Shown here: positions 44,512 to 54,800 of the stretch, in pieces
Layout of the letters: each line of letters opens with the position of its first letter
Position numbering within the stretch: position 1 is the stretch's first letter
NCBI GenBank assembly: GCA_007375595.1
Contig: VMEP01000001.1
Location: 623,089 to 680,130 of the forward strand
Direction of reading: 5' to 3'
Length of the DNA: 57,042 bases
Source: Parcubacteria group bacterium LiPW_30
GTDB lineage: Bacteria > Patescibacteriota > Minisyncoccia > Phycocordibacterales > VMEP01
The notes under the pieces: model-generated
Told to the model about the DNA's origin: nothing
Databases searched by the model: none
Seen by the model: the letters and a program-made list of their open reading frames with translations, nothing else
Made by a program: the position numbers and the translations under genes

Positions 44512-46004
44512 ATCCTTACCATCAAAAGACCTCGAGAGGCATTTAACGTTACCTGTCCACCAGATTTATATAAATCTGAAACTTCAGACGCAGATAAAGC
44601 ACGATTATAAACACGAATGTCATCGATTTTACCATTAAAATATCTCCCACCACCCGCATACCCAAGACCAGCGCTAAAGTTCATCGTCGTGGCTGGGACT
44701 ATGTCGCTGACGCAATTTCCACGTGCACTCACCTGTTCAACTCCGTTTAGATAAACATAACAATAGCTAGCATCTTTAATAGCGACTACGTGAGTCCAAG
44801 TATTAGCCGTAAGGTTGAACGTACCACTATTGTTTGTCCACCCGACACCATTACCATAACTCCACAGAAACTGATTTGTGGTAGCAGCATTCTGTTGCAT
44901 TACTATGCCTTTCACATCCCCCTGATGATTTCCCCAAATATCAGCGTAGGTCATTTGCGTACTTCCAGGATTAACCCAAGCTGAAACGGTAATGGCGGTG
45001 GTGATATTCGGAAACTTTGTGCCAAAATCAACAACACTATTAGTACCATTGAAACTCAAAGCCTTTCCCAATTTTCCTGTTACCCACGTTGGACTGTTTA
45101 ATAAAGTTCCGTTATTTTTATACCCAGAAACATCATCGGCCCGCGTCCCGACCCCCTCATTCATCGGCCAATATCCAACCAACCCGGTTTTACCAGATAC
45201 AATTGTTTTTATTATTCCACCATCACCAGCTTTATATAAATCTAAAATTTCAGACGCAGTTAAAGCCCGATTATAAATTCGCACTTCGTCAATTAACCCC
45301 TTAAATGGGTAATACCCGGGAGAACTAAACATTCCAATTTCAATTCCACCACCAGTTAAGTTTATATTGCCAGTTGCTGCGCATGTATTTTTTAAAACAC
45401 CATCAACATACACTTTCATGTTTGCCCCATCGTAAGTAGAAACTGCGTGATGCCACACCCCTTCAGACGGCTCGGTGACTAGGCAGTCTTGCATACTAGG
45501 ATGCTCCAATCTCATTTTTAAACCACCTTCAATGAACATTGCGTACGAAGTATTTACCGTCGCTTTGTGCAATAACCATTTATTTGTTCCACTACCAACA
45601 TCTTTCTTATACCAAACAGACATGGTGATATTGTTAGTAAGGTCCAACGCAGAATTATATGGAGCTGAAACAATACTATCTGTACCATTGAAATAGAGAG
45701 CTTTTCCAAAACGCCCTGATGACCATGTGGTGTTAGCGACTGTTCCGTTAATCCCCTTACCGGATGCATCCCCCGTTTTAGTGCCAACCCCCTCGTTAAA
45801 AGCCCAGTAACCAACTAAGCCATTTTTATTTGCAGTTTTTACAGCCGAAGCAGAAGTGATTATTGGTGCGACAAAAAAAGTAAAAACTAACAAACCAACA
45901 AACACAAACCTCCCATATTTGGAGGTTTCACCTCCAAATATGGAGTTCTCGTTTTTATTATTTTTTTTAAAAAAAATTTTCATAAAGATAAATACGATAC
46001 ACAA
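44508..46004 (-). CDS. exported multi-LamG (concanavalin A-like) protein
   Basis: N-terminal hydrophobic segment; two GLVGYW...IDEVRIYNRAL domains. Confidence 0.85.
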   Translation of the reverse strand: MCIVFIFMKIFFKKNNKNENSIFGGETSKYGRFVFVGLLVFTFFVAPIITSASAVKTANKNGLVGYWAFNEGVGTKTGDASGKGINGTVANTTWSSGRFGKALYFNGTDSIVSAPYNSALDLTNNITMSVWYKKDVGSGTNKWLLHKATVNTSYAMFIEGGLKMRLEHPSMQDCLVTEPSEGVWHHAVSTYDGANMKVYVDGVLKNTCAATGNINLTGGGIEIGMFSSPGYYPFKGLIDEVRIYNRALTASEILDLYKAGDGGIIKTIVSGKTGLVGYWPMNEGVGTRADDVSGYKNNGTLLNSPTWVTGKLGKALSFNGTNSVVDFGTKFPNITTAITVSAWVNPGSTQMTYADIWGNHQGDVKGIVMQQNAATTNQFLWSYGNGVGWTNNSGTFNLTANTWTHVVAIKDASYCYVYLNGVEQVSARGNCVSDIVPATTMNFSAGLGYAGGGRYFNGKIDDIRVYNRALSASEVSDLYKSGGQVTLNASRGLLMVRI

Positions 46005-46010
46005 AAATCT

Positions 46011-46685
46011 CTAACGACCTAAATTATACAGTTGTTTAATTTCTGTCGCTGAAAGAGCCCGGTTGTAAACACGAACGTCATCAATGTTTGCGTTAAGTCT
46101 GCGAGCATTAGCTCCCCCTATTTCTCTTCCCATATATAAATTATCTATCTGATTTATTGTTCCAGAAGGAAACGTTGGGGATTGCTGAACATCGAGTTGG
46201 CCATTTAGGTAGTAGTTAAGCTTGCCGTTTGTCCTGTCAAAAACAACAACCCAGTGTTGCCATGTTCTTAATGGAACAACGCTTGTACTTTGAGTAGCAG
46301 TAACATCAAAACCAATTGATCCGTCTGCGTAATGGGCCCCTATTTTACTACTGGCGGTTGAGTAGGAAACAGCCCACCCCTTATCGGTGCTCGTAGTCCA
46401 TGGACGAGAACCAACAACTTGCGGATAATCAGATAAACCAGTACCCAAACGATATATCCAAAAACTAACCGCCCAATTACCAGTGAGTGGTTGAAGTGAT
46501 GAAGTATTATTAACAGAAATATAATCATCTGAGCCGTCAAATTTTAAAGCAGAGCCAATTTTACCTGGAGTCGGACTAGTTGTTGTGCTCATTCCAACAA
46601 GAGTCCCATCATTTCCCTGCCCACTTCTATCAAGCGATTTATTTGTCGCCCAATTCATATCCTTACCATCAAAAGACCTTGTCAT
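46011..46685 (-). CDS. LamG-like domain; probably the C-terminal part of the 46669-48069 gene
   Basis: Same SFDGKDMNWATNK start as the 43912 ORF; IDDVRVYNRALS. Confidence 0.75.
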   Translation of the reverse strand: MTRSFDGKDMNWATNKSLDRSGQGNDGTLVGMSTTTSPTPGKIGSALKFDGSDDYISVNNTSSLQPLTGNWAVSFWIYRLGTGLSDYPQVVGSRPWTTSTDKGWAVSYSTASSKIGAHYADGSIGFDVTATQSTSVVPLRTWQHWVVVFDRTNGKLNYYLNGQLDVQQSPTFPSGTINQIDNLYMGREIGGANARRLNANIDDVRVYNRALSATEIKQLYNLGR

Positions 46686-48069
46686 TTTGACTGGAATTAA
46701 TTGTCACCGCTCTAAGTTTGTAAAGTTCGTTAATTTCTGACTGCGAGAGAACTTTATTATACAAACGAATGTCGTCAATTTTACCAGTAAAGTGGTATCC
46801 GCTGTCATCGTAAACAGCATATCTTCCAACTGTTTGAGATGTCAGTGCATAAAAAGTTTCCGTTGTACTTGATGCAATCTCTGTTGTATTACTATAAATT
46901 TTTATTCCACCATCACTTGCTTTCGTAACTACGAGCTGTCGCCACCCCGATGAAGTTCCTCCACCTGACCCTGTTGCAACAGTAACCCATGATCCAGTAT
47001 ATTTTTGTAAATACGCCCCGCTCGCTGTTGCCGTAAACCAAAAAGTTGGGGCTCCGGACCAGACAATCCCAGAACCTTTAACCCAAGCAACAAAAGTTAG
47101 CTCAGTTGCACTATTAAAAATATTCCCAGTGCCCAAATATCCAAGCTTTTGTGGAGACGTCCCGCATGTTGCCCAGTTAGTTATAGATATTCTGCCCGTC
47201 ACAGCGTCGGTTGTTGTTGATAAGCATGTTCCATAAACCGTAAAGTTATTTTTCTTACCACTATAATCACCGTAATCGCCATTAAGTGGCCAATAACCCA
47301 AAAGGTTTGTGTTAACAGAGTTTTTTTGTACAGTTGTACCAGATTTATATATTGTAATAATCTCGGACACCGCCAAGGCTCGATTATAAACACGCACATC
47401 ATCTATTAACCCAGAAAAAAATTCACTCGTCGCCGCATTGTAAGCACGTGTCCCGATTACCCAATTATTATCCGCGCAAGTAGTAGTTGTATTCGCAACA
47501 GTCCCGATTGAAACACCATTAATAAACCCTTGCATACCAGCCGGACTAAAAACTATAGACAAGTGTTGCCATTGATTTGCAACAATTGTCCCGCCTAAGG
47601 CGTAATCATTAGTACTGTTTCGTCCACGCAAAACTCCACCAGAATAAATTGTCATTCCATAATTAAAACAACTTCCACTCGCTCCTTTTGAAAAAACTGT
47701 TTGTTGCCCACTAACTGTATTTGGTTTTATCCAAGCAGATATTGTCACATTACCAGCAGTACCAACGTTTGATAAAGCTGAACCACTACCAACAACGTAA
47801 CTACTGCTTCCATTAAAACTAAGCGCCTTACCAAACTTGCCACCAGTCCACGTTGGACTGTTTGTCAGTGTGCCGGTATTTCCGTTACCAGATGCATCCC
47901 CTGCTTTTGTCCCGTAATTATCGTTAAATGACCAGTAACCAATCAGTCCTGTTTTCGTTGGTGTTTTTACTGTCGCCGCGGCAGAAACCATAAGTGGTGT
48001 TGCAATAAAAATGAAAATAAAAAAACTAGTAGTAGTTAATTTTATTATATTTTTAAAGTTTGTTTTCAT
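46669..48069 (-). CDS. exported multi-LamG protein
   Basis: Signal-like N-terminus; two LamG domains (GLIGYW, LLGYWP). Confidence 0.85.
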   Translation of the reverse strand: MKTNFKNIIKLTTTSFFIFIFIATPLMVSAAATVKTPTKTGLIGYWSFNDNYGTKAGDASGNGNTGTLTNSPTWTGGKFGKALSFNGSSSYVVGSGSALSNVGTAGNVTISAWIKPNTVSGQQTVFSKGASGSCFNYGMTIYSGGVLRGRNSTNDYALGGTIVANQWQHLSIVFSPAGMQGFINGVSIGTVANTTTTCADNNWVIGTRAYNAATSEFFSGLIDDVRVYNRALAVSEIITIYKSGTTVQKNSVNTNLLGYWPLNGDYGDYSGKKNNFTVYGTCLSTTTDAVTGRISITNWATCGTSPQKLGYLGTGNIFNSATELTFVAWVKGSGIVWSGAPTFWFTATASGAYLQKYTGSWVTVATGSGGGTSSGWRQLVVTKASDGGIKIYSNTTEIASSTTETFYALTSQTVGRYAVYDDSGYHFTGKIDDIRLYNKVLSQSEINELYKLRAVTINSSQNDKVF

Positions 48070-48074
48070 AAATT

Positions 48075-51000
48075 TTAAATAGCTGGAGTGCTTGTTGCTG
48101 TTTCTGTTGTGCTGGTTGTTGTTGTCTCCGTCACTGTCGTGTCGGTTGTCGTAATTGGTTCAACTACAGTCTCTGTCGTTATCGGTGTTGTTGCAGTTGC
48201 TTCTGTTGTCGTGTCTGTTATCGCTGGTGTTGTGGTCGTTGCCGTATCTACTGTTGTCGTGGTAGCTGTTGTATCAACTGGTGCTGTGTAGGTTGTCGTC
48301 GTTTCTGTAAGAGCGTTCACGCTTCCAGACAAAGCATCAACAATTGAGCCTACAACAGAAGAGCTTGATGTTTGCGTCACAGCCGTTGACCCACCGACCA
48401 AACATTCACCTGATGTTGTCTTTGGAAGTCCGCCTGAAACTGTTAGACAATATGGCGCGCCACTTTCCTCATCATACATTGTGATTCCAGAACGTCGGTC
48501 TGGTGAACCAATCTTAACTCCCCCACGAACTTCAATATTATCTGCCAAAAGTTTACCGCTTGCATCGATACTCCATGTTCCCGAAGCTCCCGTAATTGCG
48601 CCAACATTTTCAATCGCAAATCCTGCCATATCAAGCACTCCTTGCGATGCGACACGTCCGGTCGTTGAATCAACGGCGAGTGTCACGCTTGTTGATGTGG
48701 CGTTTGCGATTGATGAATCAAGATGAGTCCAACCAACAGAGACAGAAACCACAACTGAGCCTTGGTAGACAAATGTGCCATCAACGTTAGTTGAGGTAAC
48801 AGTTGAAGTTGCCGATTGCGTGCCATCAAATGAACTCAAAGCGATACCAATGGTCTGTGATGATGTCGTTGCTTTCATACCAACACCAGGAATAGAGGAA
48901 AGTGTGATGCGGTCGCCCGGCTTGATTACGCCACCTTCAGTGGAAACCTTCACCACAGTTTTTCCAGAGAAGACAACTGAAGGTGAAGTACTTGTGCTTG
49001 AGAAAGTGAGTCCGGCAATATTTGCGATTCCAACAACCGACGCCATGTTTGTCTTATCAGCGCGGACCAAAACTGCGGAAGTTGTTGTCGCTCCTGTAAT
49101 TGTTGATGCTTGGTTTGGCGTTGTTGTCGCACTCATCGCGACAATGTCACCAGCTTCAATCTCCGGAGAAGATAAGTCTGCAAAATGTTCTGCAATTCCT
49201 GATTGAGTGGAAGCAAATCTGTCGGAAGAAATTGTGTTTGAGTTCAAGACATCACAGAACGAAGCAACACACATACCTTCAGAAATAATTGTCTTAGCAG
49301 AAATTATATTTGCCTTAATATTTCCAGCAAACGTCAATACTGGCGTACTTGTTGCTGAGATTGAAAGATAGGTGTTTTCTGTTGAGCTCCCGTTAATATC
49401 TGTTGAATTTAAAATTTCGCCGATTGAGAAAGTTCCATTTTTTGATTCAACAAACCAATCTTTTGTCGTCGTGCTTATTATACCAACACCAACACTTCCA
49501 TTTGTTCCAATAGCCTCAATCACAGAAGCTGTGTCGGTGAGTGTGAGTCGAGGAGAAGGAGCGGAAATATTTAATGCTGATTTTGGCGCCGATATGCCAA
49601 TACCAACACGACCATCACCCGTAATTACAAACGATGTATTACCTTCCGCATCAAGCGCGGCAAAAGTTAATGGCAAAACCAATTCCGACACTGTTGTCGA
49701 ACCCATCTCTCCAATTTTGGAGGTGAAACCTCCAAAATTGGAACCCTGGACGGTAAGTTTAGCTATTGGAGTTGTTGTGCCAACACCGACATTACCTTCA
49801 ACTATTAAGCCGTTCTTTGGTGCTTCAACATTATAATTTTCTCCAATACTCGTTCCGCCAGAAACTGTAAGTGTCGACATCGGAGTTGAAGTGCCTGTAC
49901 CAATTCCAATTTTTCCGTTTTCTGCGAAGATGCCAAGAGAATTCAAGGATTCGGTGACCGCCTTAGCCCAAAGTGAAAGTTTCTTTCCAGCAGTTGAGAA
50001 GAATCCACCGTTTCCGCTATATTCAATAGTATTAATCATTGCGAGAATACTTGTTTTTCCATTTTCAAAATCTGAAAGTGAATATGATTCCAAGGCAATA
50101 GCAACGACGCGACCAGCATCAGTTGCTTTCATCGCGATACCTGGCTTTGAAGACGCGGTAAGAAAATCACCTTTCTTAATTTCTCCACCCTCAAACGAAA
50201 CCTTAACCGGCACACGCCCAGCCAAAGCAACCGGCGCCTTCCCAGCTTGTCCGCCAGAAATATCTGAACCGAGCAAAACTCCAGGAGTAGTTGTAATAAC
50301 ACCAACTGTGTATGCATCATATGCACCACTTGATTTAGAGACGAGTCCCGATGAATCTTCTGGGGACACGCTTACAACATCTCCTGGTTCCAAAGAAGAA
50401 TCATCTGTTGGGAAATATTCAGCAATGTCGGCACCGCCAGCATTCCACGAGCCACCAGTTGTTGTATAAGCATTACCGCCAGAAGAAAATCTGAAAAGAT
50501 TTTGTCCACCAGAAGAGAACGTCGCAAGGTCGCTATTATTTGTGTTTATAACTTTAAATCCTGTAATAGTTGGCTTACTAAATACTCCGGCTTTATTTTC
50601 TTCGTCATTGAGTGGGAGACGATTATAAACAACGGAAGATTCCCCGAGCCAAACATTCTTTTGACTGTTTGGTTGTCTTGGGATTTCTCTCTTCATGTCA
50701 ACGCGCACTTGCATCCAAACATCTCCAGAAGTTGGATTAATGAGACCTCCAGAAGTTGGAACACTTCTCCATGTTGCGGTAGCTAGGGCATCATTTGTTG
50801 CTGCAGTTTTCACCCTGAAGGACACCGCGCCGGGTTTAAATGAATCAGCATTCCCTGTCCACATCAAAGCGGATGTGCTATCTAGGCTTGGGTTATAAAT
50901 ATATTCTGATTGATATGAACCAGACGTAACCCAGCCAGCATCGTAAACGGTCGTAGTTGCCGTGTTGTTTCCTAGCACTGACAAGAATTTACCATCTGGG

Positions 51001-51131
51001 CGTTGAATGGAATGGCCGCCAGGATTTACAATACTTCCACCATTACCAACAACCGCGGGTCCTGCAACAAAAGTATTTGCAACAGGGTCATAAATAGAAG
51101 TATCGGAGGAACCATTCGCCAACACAACCAA
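48075..51131 (-). CDS. C-terminal part of the giant surface protein: propeller repeats, two intramolecular-chaperone-like (peptidase G2-like) domains, Thr-rich tail
   Basis: GGADIAEYF...GRVPVKV...GDFLTASS...MKA; second copy SGIAEHF...GDRITLSS...MKA; GITMYD..GAPYCL; the frame continues from 51247. Confidence 0.8.
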   Translation of the reverse strand: MVVLANGSSDTSIYDPVANTFVAGPAVVGNGGSIVNPGGHSIQRPDGKFLSVLGNNTATTTVYDAGWVTSGSYQSEYIYNPSLDSTSALMWTGNADSFKPGAVSFRVKTAATNDALATATWRSVPTSGGLINPTSGDVWMQVRVDMKREIPRQPNSQKNVWLGESSVVYNRLPLNDEENKAGVFSKPTITGFKVINTNNSDLATFSSGGQNLFRFSSGGNAYTTTGGSWNAGGADIAEYFPTDDSSLEPGDVVSVSPEDSSGLVSKSSGAYDAYTVGVITTTPGVLLGSDISGGQAGKAPVALAGRVPVKVSFEGGEIKKGDFLTASSKPGIAMKATDAGRVVAIALESYSLSDFENGKTSILAMINTIEYSGNGGFFSTAGKKLSLWAKAVTESLNSLGIFAENGKIGIGTGTSTPMSTLTVSGGTSIGENYNVEAPKNGLIVEGNVGVGTTTPIAKLTVQGSNFGGFTSKIGEMGSTTVSELVLPLTFAALDAEGNTSFVITGDGRVGIGISAPKSALNISAPSPRLTLTDTASVIEAIGTNGSVGVGIISTTTKDWFVESKNGTFSIGEILNSTDINGSSTENTYLSISATSTPVLTFAGNIKANIISAKTIISEGMCVASFCDVLNSNTISSDRFASTQSGIAEHFADLSSPEIEAGDIVAMSATTTPNQASTITGATTTSAVLVRADKTNMASVVGIANIAGLTFSSTSTSPSVVFSGKTVVKVSTEGGVIKPGDRITLSSIPGVGMKATTSSQTIGIALSSFDGTQSATSTVTSTNVDGTFVYQGSVVVSVSVGWTHLDSSIANATSTSVTLAVDSTTGRVASQGVLDMAGFAIENVGAITGASGTWSIDASGKLLADNIEVRGGVKIGSPDRRSGITMYDEESGAPYCLTVSGGLPKTTSGECLVGGSTAVTQTSSSSVVGSIVDALSGSVNALTETTTTYTAPVDTTATTTTVDTATTTTPAITDTTTEATATTPITTETVVEPITTTDTTVTETTTTSTTETATSTPAI

Positions 51132-51845
51132 AAACTTGCCGTCGGGACGTTGAATTGAGTGAGCGCCATAATAAGCAGAACTTGCCGATGTTCCAACTAT
51201 TGCAGGGCCTGCCGCAAATGTGTTTGCTACTGGATCGTAGATAGAGAATATTATTACCTGCTGTGCCTATAACCGCAGGACCAGCGACAAAGGTGTTAGC
51301 GACTGGGTCGTAGATAGAAGTATTGGAGGTGGTGTTACCCAAAATCACCAAAAACTTACCGTCGGGGCGTTGAATTGAGTGAGCGCCTTCTCTCGCCAAG
51401 TTAGCCGCAGTACCAACAAGTGCAGGGCCTGCAACAAAGGTATTAGCGACTGGGTCGTAGATAGAAGTATTGGAGGTGGTGTTACCCAAAATCACCAAAA
51501 ACTTGCCGTCGGGGCGTTGAATTGAGTGAGCGCCATAATAAGCAGAACTTGCCGATGTTCCAACTATTGCAGGGCCTGCCGCAAATGTGTTTGCTACTGG
51601 ATCGTAGATAGAGACCAAAAACTTGCCGTCGGGGCGTTGGATGGAGTGCCCGCCAGCGTGCACAAGACTAGCAGCTGTACCAACAACCGTAGGACCTGCA
51701 ACAAAATCGTTTGTTGTTGGATCATATATAGCTGTGTTCGAAGTAGTATTACCTAACACAATCAAAAACTTGCCGTCGGGACGTTGAATTGAGTGAGCGC
51801 CATCCTTCGCTAAATTAGCGGCAGTCCCCACAACCGCTGGACCCG
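50935..51845 (-). repeat. kelch-like propeller 2 (6 visible units, two deletions)
   Basis: Same repeat; junction deletions at 51614 (in frame) and 51247 (out of frame). Confidence 0.85.
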
Positions 51846-54800
51846 CAGAGAAATAATTTCCAATCGTTGTTGACGTCGCCGTTGTGCTTGCTGAATTAAA
51901 ACCATATGGCAAGGTCAATCCATTATCTCCACCAAGCAAATTAGAAAGGGTTGGCCCAGAGGTTGTAGCATTTCCACTGGAAGTTGATGTTGCAAAACCA
52001 ACCCCAAAATCAGCATTATCTTTTCGGAAAATAGTTCCATTATCAACCGTAAAGTCATACAAAATTGGTTGCGCGAACGAGCGCTGATATTTAACGTCTG
52101 ATTCACCAAGCCATGTTTTGGTTTCCTTCTTAATTTGATTTGGCTGAGCGTTAGTTGGAATTGTGCGAGTTAATGTCACTCTCACCTGTGCCCAAAGCGC
52201 GCCATTAACTGGATAGATGTATCCATTATTTGTGGTCGTGGCGTATGTTGCAGAAGACAACCCTCCTTCTGTTGTCGCAGTTCTAACGGCGAGCTCAACT
52301 TTTCCTTCTCCGTTCGTACTGAATTTCAAAATTGACGAAGTATTTAATTTCGGCATATTCATTGACTCAGATTCATATGAACCAGACACCACAAAACCTG
52401 GATCGTAGATAGAAGTGTTGGAGGTGCCATTACCTAAGACAATCAAGAATTTACCGTCGGGGCGTTGAATGGAGTGAGAGCCGTACTGAGCAAGGCTTGC
52501 TGCCGTACCAACTATCGCAGGGCCGGCGGTAAATGTGTTCGCGACTGGGTCGTAGATAGAAGTATTGGAGGTGTTGTGTCCTAAAACAACTAACAATTTA
52601 CCGTCGGGGCGTTGAGTGGAGTGAGAGCCGTAACCAGCAAGATTTGCTGCGGTGCCAACTATTGCAGGTCCAGCGGTAAATGTGTTCGCGACTGGGTCGT
52701 AGATCGATGTGTTTGAGGTAGCGGCTCCCAAAATCACTAAAAACTTGCCATCAGGGCGTTGGATAGAGTTGGCACCAATTTGAGCAAGGTTCGCAGCAGT
52801 TCCAACTATCGCAGGGCCGGCGGTAAATGTGTTCGCGACTGGGTCGTAGATAGAAGTGTTGGAGGTGTTGGCTCCCATTATTAGTAAGAATTTACCGTCG
52901 GGACGCTCTATGGAATGAGCACCGAGTTGAGCGAGGTTCGCAGCAGTTCCGACTATCGCAGGGCCTGCAACAAAGGTATTAGCGACTGGGTCGTAGATAG
53001 ATGTATTGGAGGTGTTATTTCCTAACACAACCAAAAACTTACCGTCAGGACGCTCTATAGAATGGGCGCCAGTATAAGCAAGGTTCGCAGCGGTACCAAC
53101 AAGTGCAGGGCCTGCAACAAAGGTATTAGCGACTGGGTCGTAGATAGAAGTATTGGAGGTACCGTTCCCTAACACAACCAAAAACTTACCGTCGGGACGC
53201 TTTATGGAATGGGCGCCGAGATGAGCGGTGTTCGCAGCAGTTCCAACTACCGCAGGGCCGGCAGAGAAAGTATTAGCGACTGGGTCGTAGATAGATGTAT
53301 TGGATGAATTGCCTCCTAACACAACCAAAAACTTACCGTCGGGACGCTCTATAGAATGGGCGCCGTACTGAGCAAGGTTCGCCGCGGTACCAACTATCGC
53401 TGGCCCTGCGGTCATTGTCCCAAGCCCAATACTCGTCGTTGTTGCAAGATTCAAAGAAATCTGACTGCTTGTTGTTGCGACACCAACAGTCGCACTTGAG
53501 CCAGAAACCGAGAAATCACCCGTTGTTGATTTTGTTGAAATTGACGATGCGGTATTTGCAATTGAGAAAAGCGCGGTTGGAGTTTGGGTACCAATACCAA
53601 CCTGCCCGGCAGAGTTTATGTAAAACATTGATGCGCCTGTTGAAGAAGCAATGTTTAATAAATCAGTTCCTGCTGTTCCTTGAATAGAAAGTTTTGTAAG
53701 CGGTGAACTTGTCCCAATACCGACATTGCCCGTGGATGCTTGAGCAAAAAGCATTGAAGTAGCGTTGTTGAGAAAGACGGAGACGGAATTACTTAAATAA
53801 TTCGCCACAGCGAGATCAGCCTTACCATCACCATTAAGATCGCCTGTGGAGACGGAATTCGGTTGTGTTCCTGTAGTGTAATCGACTTTGGTGGCGAAGG
53901 TGCCACTGCCATTGTTAAGAAGGACGGAGATAGATCCACTTGAGTAATTCACCACAGCGAGATCAGCCTTACCATCACCATTAAGATCGCCTGTGGAGAC
54001 GGAGACTGGAAAGGATCCTGTTGTGTAATCGACCCTGGTGGCGAAGGTGCCATTGCCATTGTTAAGAAAGACGGAGACGGAATTACTACTAGCATTCGTC
54101 ACCGCAAGATCAGCCTTACCATCACCGCTAAGGTCGCCGATGGAGACGGAGTACGGGACCGATCCTGTGGTGTAATCGACCTTAGTGGCGAAGGTGCCAT
54201 TGCCATTGTTAAGAAAGACGGAGACGGAGTCACTGTCGCCGTTAGCCACAGCAAGATCAGCCTTACCGTCGCCATTGAGGTCACCAATGGAAACGGAGAT
54301 TGGACTTGTTCCTGTAGTGTAATCGACTTTGGTGGCGAAGGTACCATTGCCATTGTTAAGGAAGACGGAGACGGAGGCGCTACTAGCGTTCGTCACGGCA
54401 AGGTCAGCCTTACCATCACCATTAAGATCGCCAATAGAGATGGATCGGGGGGCTGTTCCTGTGGTGTAGTCGACCTTGGTGGCGAAGGTGCCATTGCCGT
54501 TGTTGAGGAAGACTGAGACGGAGGTACTACCACTGTTTGCTACGGCGAGATCAGCCTTACCATCACCGTTAAGGTCGCCGATAGAGATAGAGCGTGGGCT
54601 TGTTCCTGTAGTGTAATCGACTTTGGTGGCGAAGGTGCCATTGCCGTTATTGATAAAGATGGAGACGGAGGCGGCACCAAAATTCGTCACCGCAAGATCA
54701 GCCTTACCATCACCGTTAAGGTCGCCAGTGGAGACGGAGTATGGGTTTGTTCCTGTAGTGTAATCCACATTGGTAGCAAAAGTACCACCCTTAGTAAGAT

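Noticed and set aside
44500-51260. Programmed frameshifting, phase variation or pseudogenisation of the LamG and giant genes
   Set aside because: There are no slippery or homopolymer tracts, and all breaks coincide with the edges of 100-bp exact duplicates, so assembly error is the simpler explanation pending reads.
50935-54790. Regularly spaced direct repeats resembling a CRISPR array
   Set aside because: The 147-bp period is in frame in a long ORF, variation is mostly synonymous, there are no unique spacers and no cas genes.
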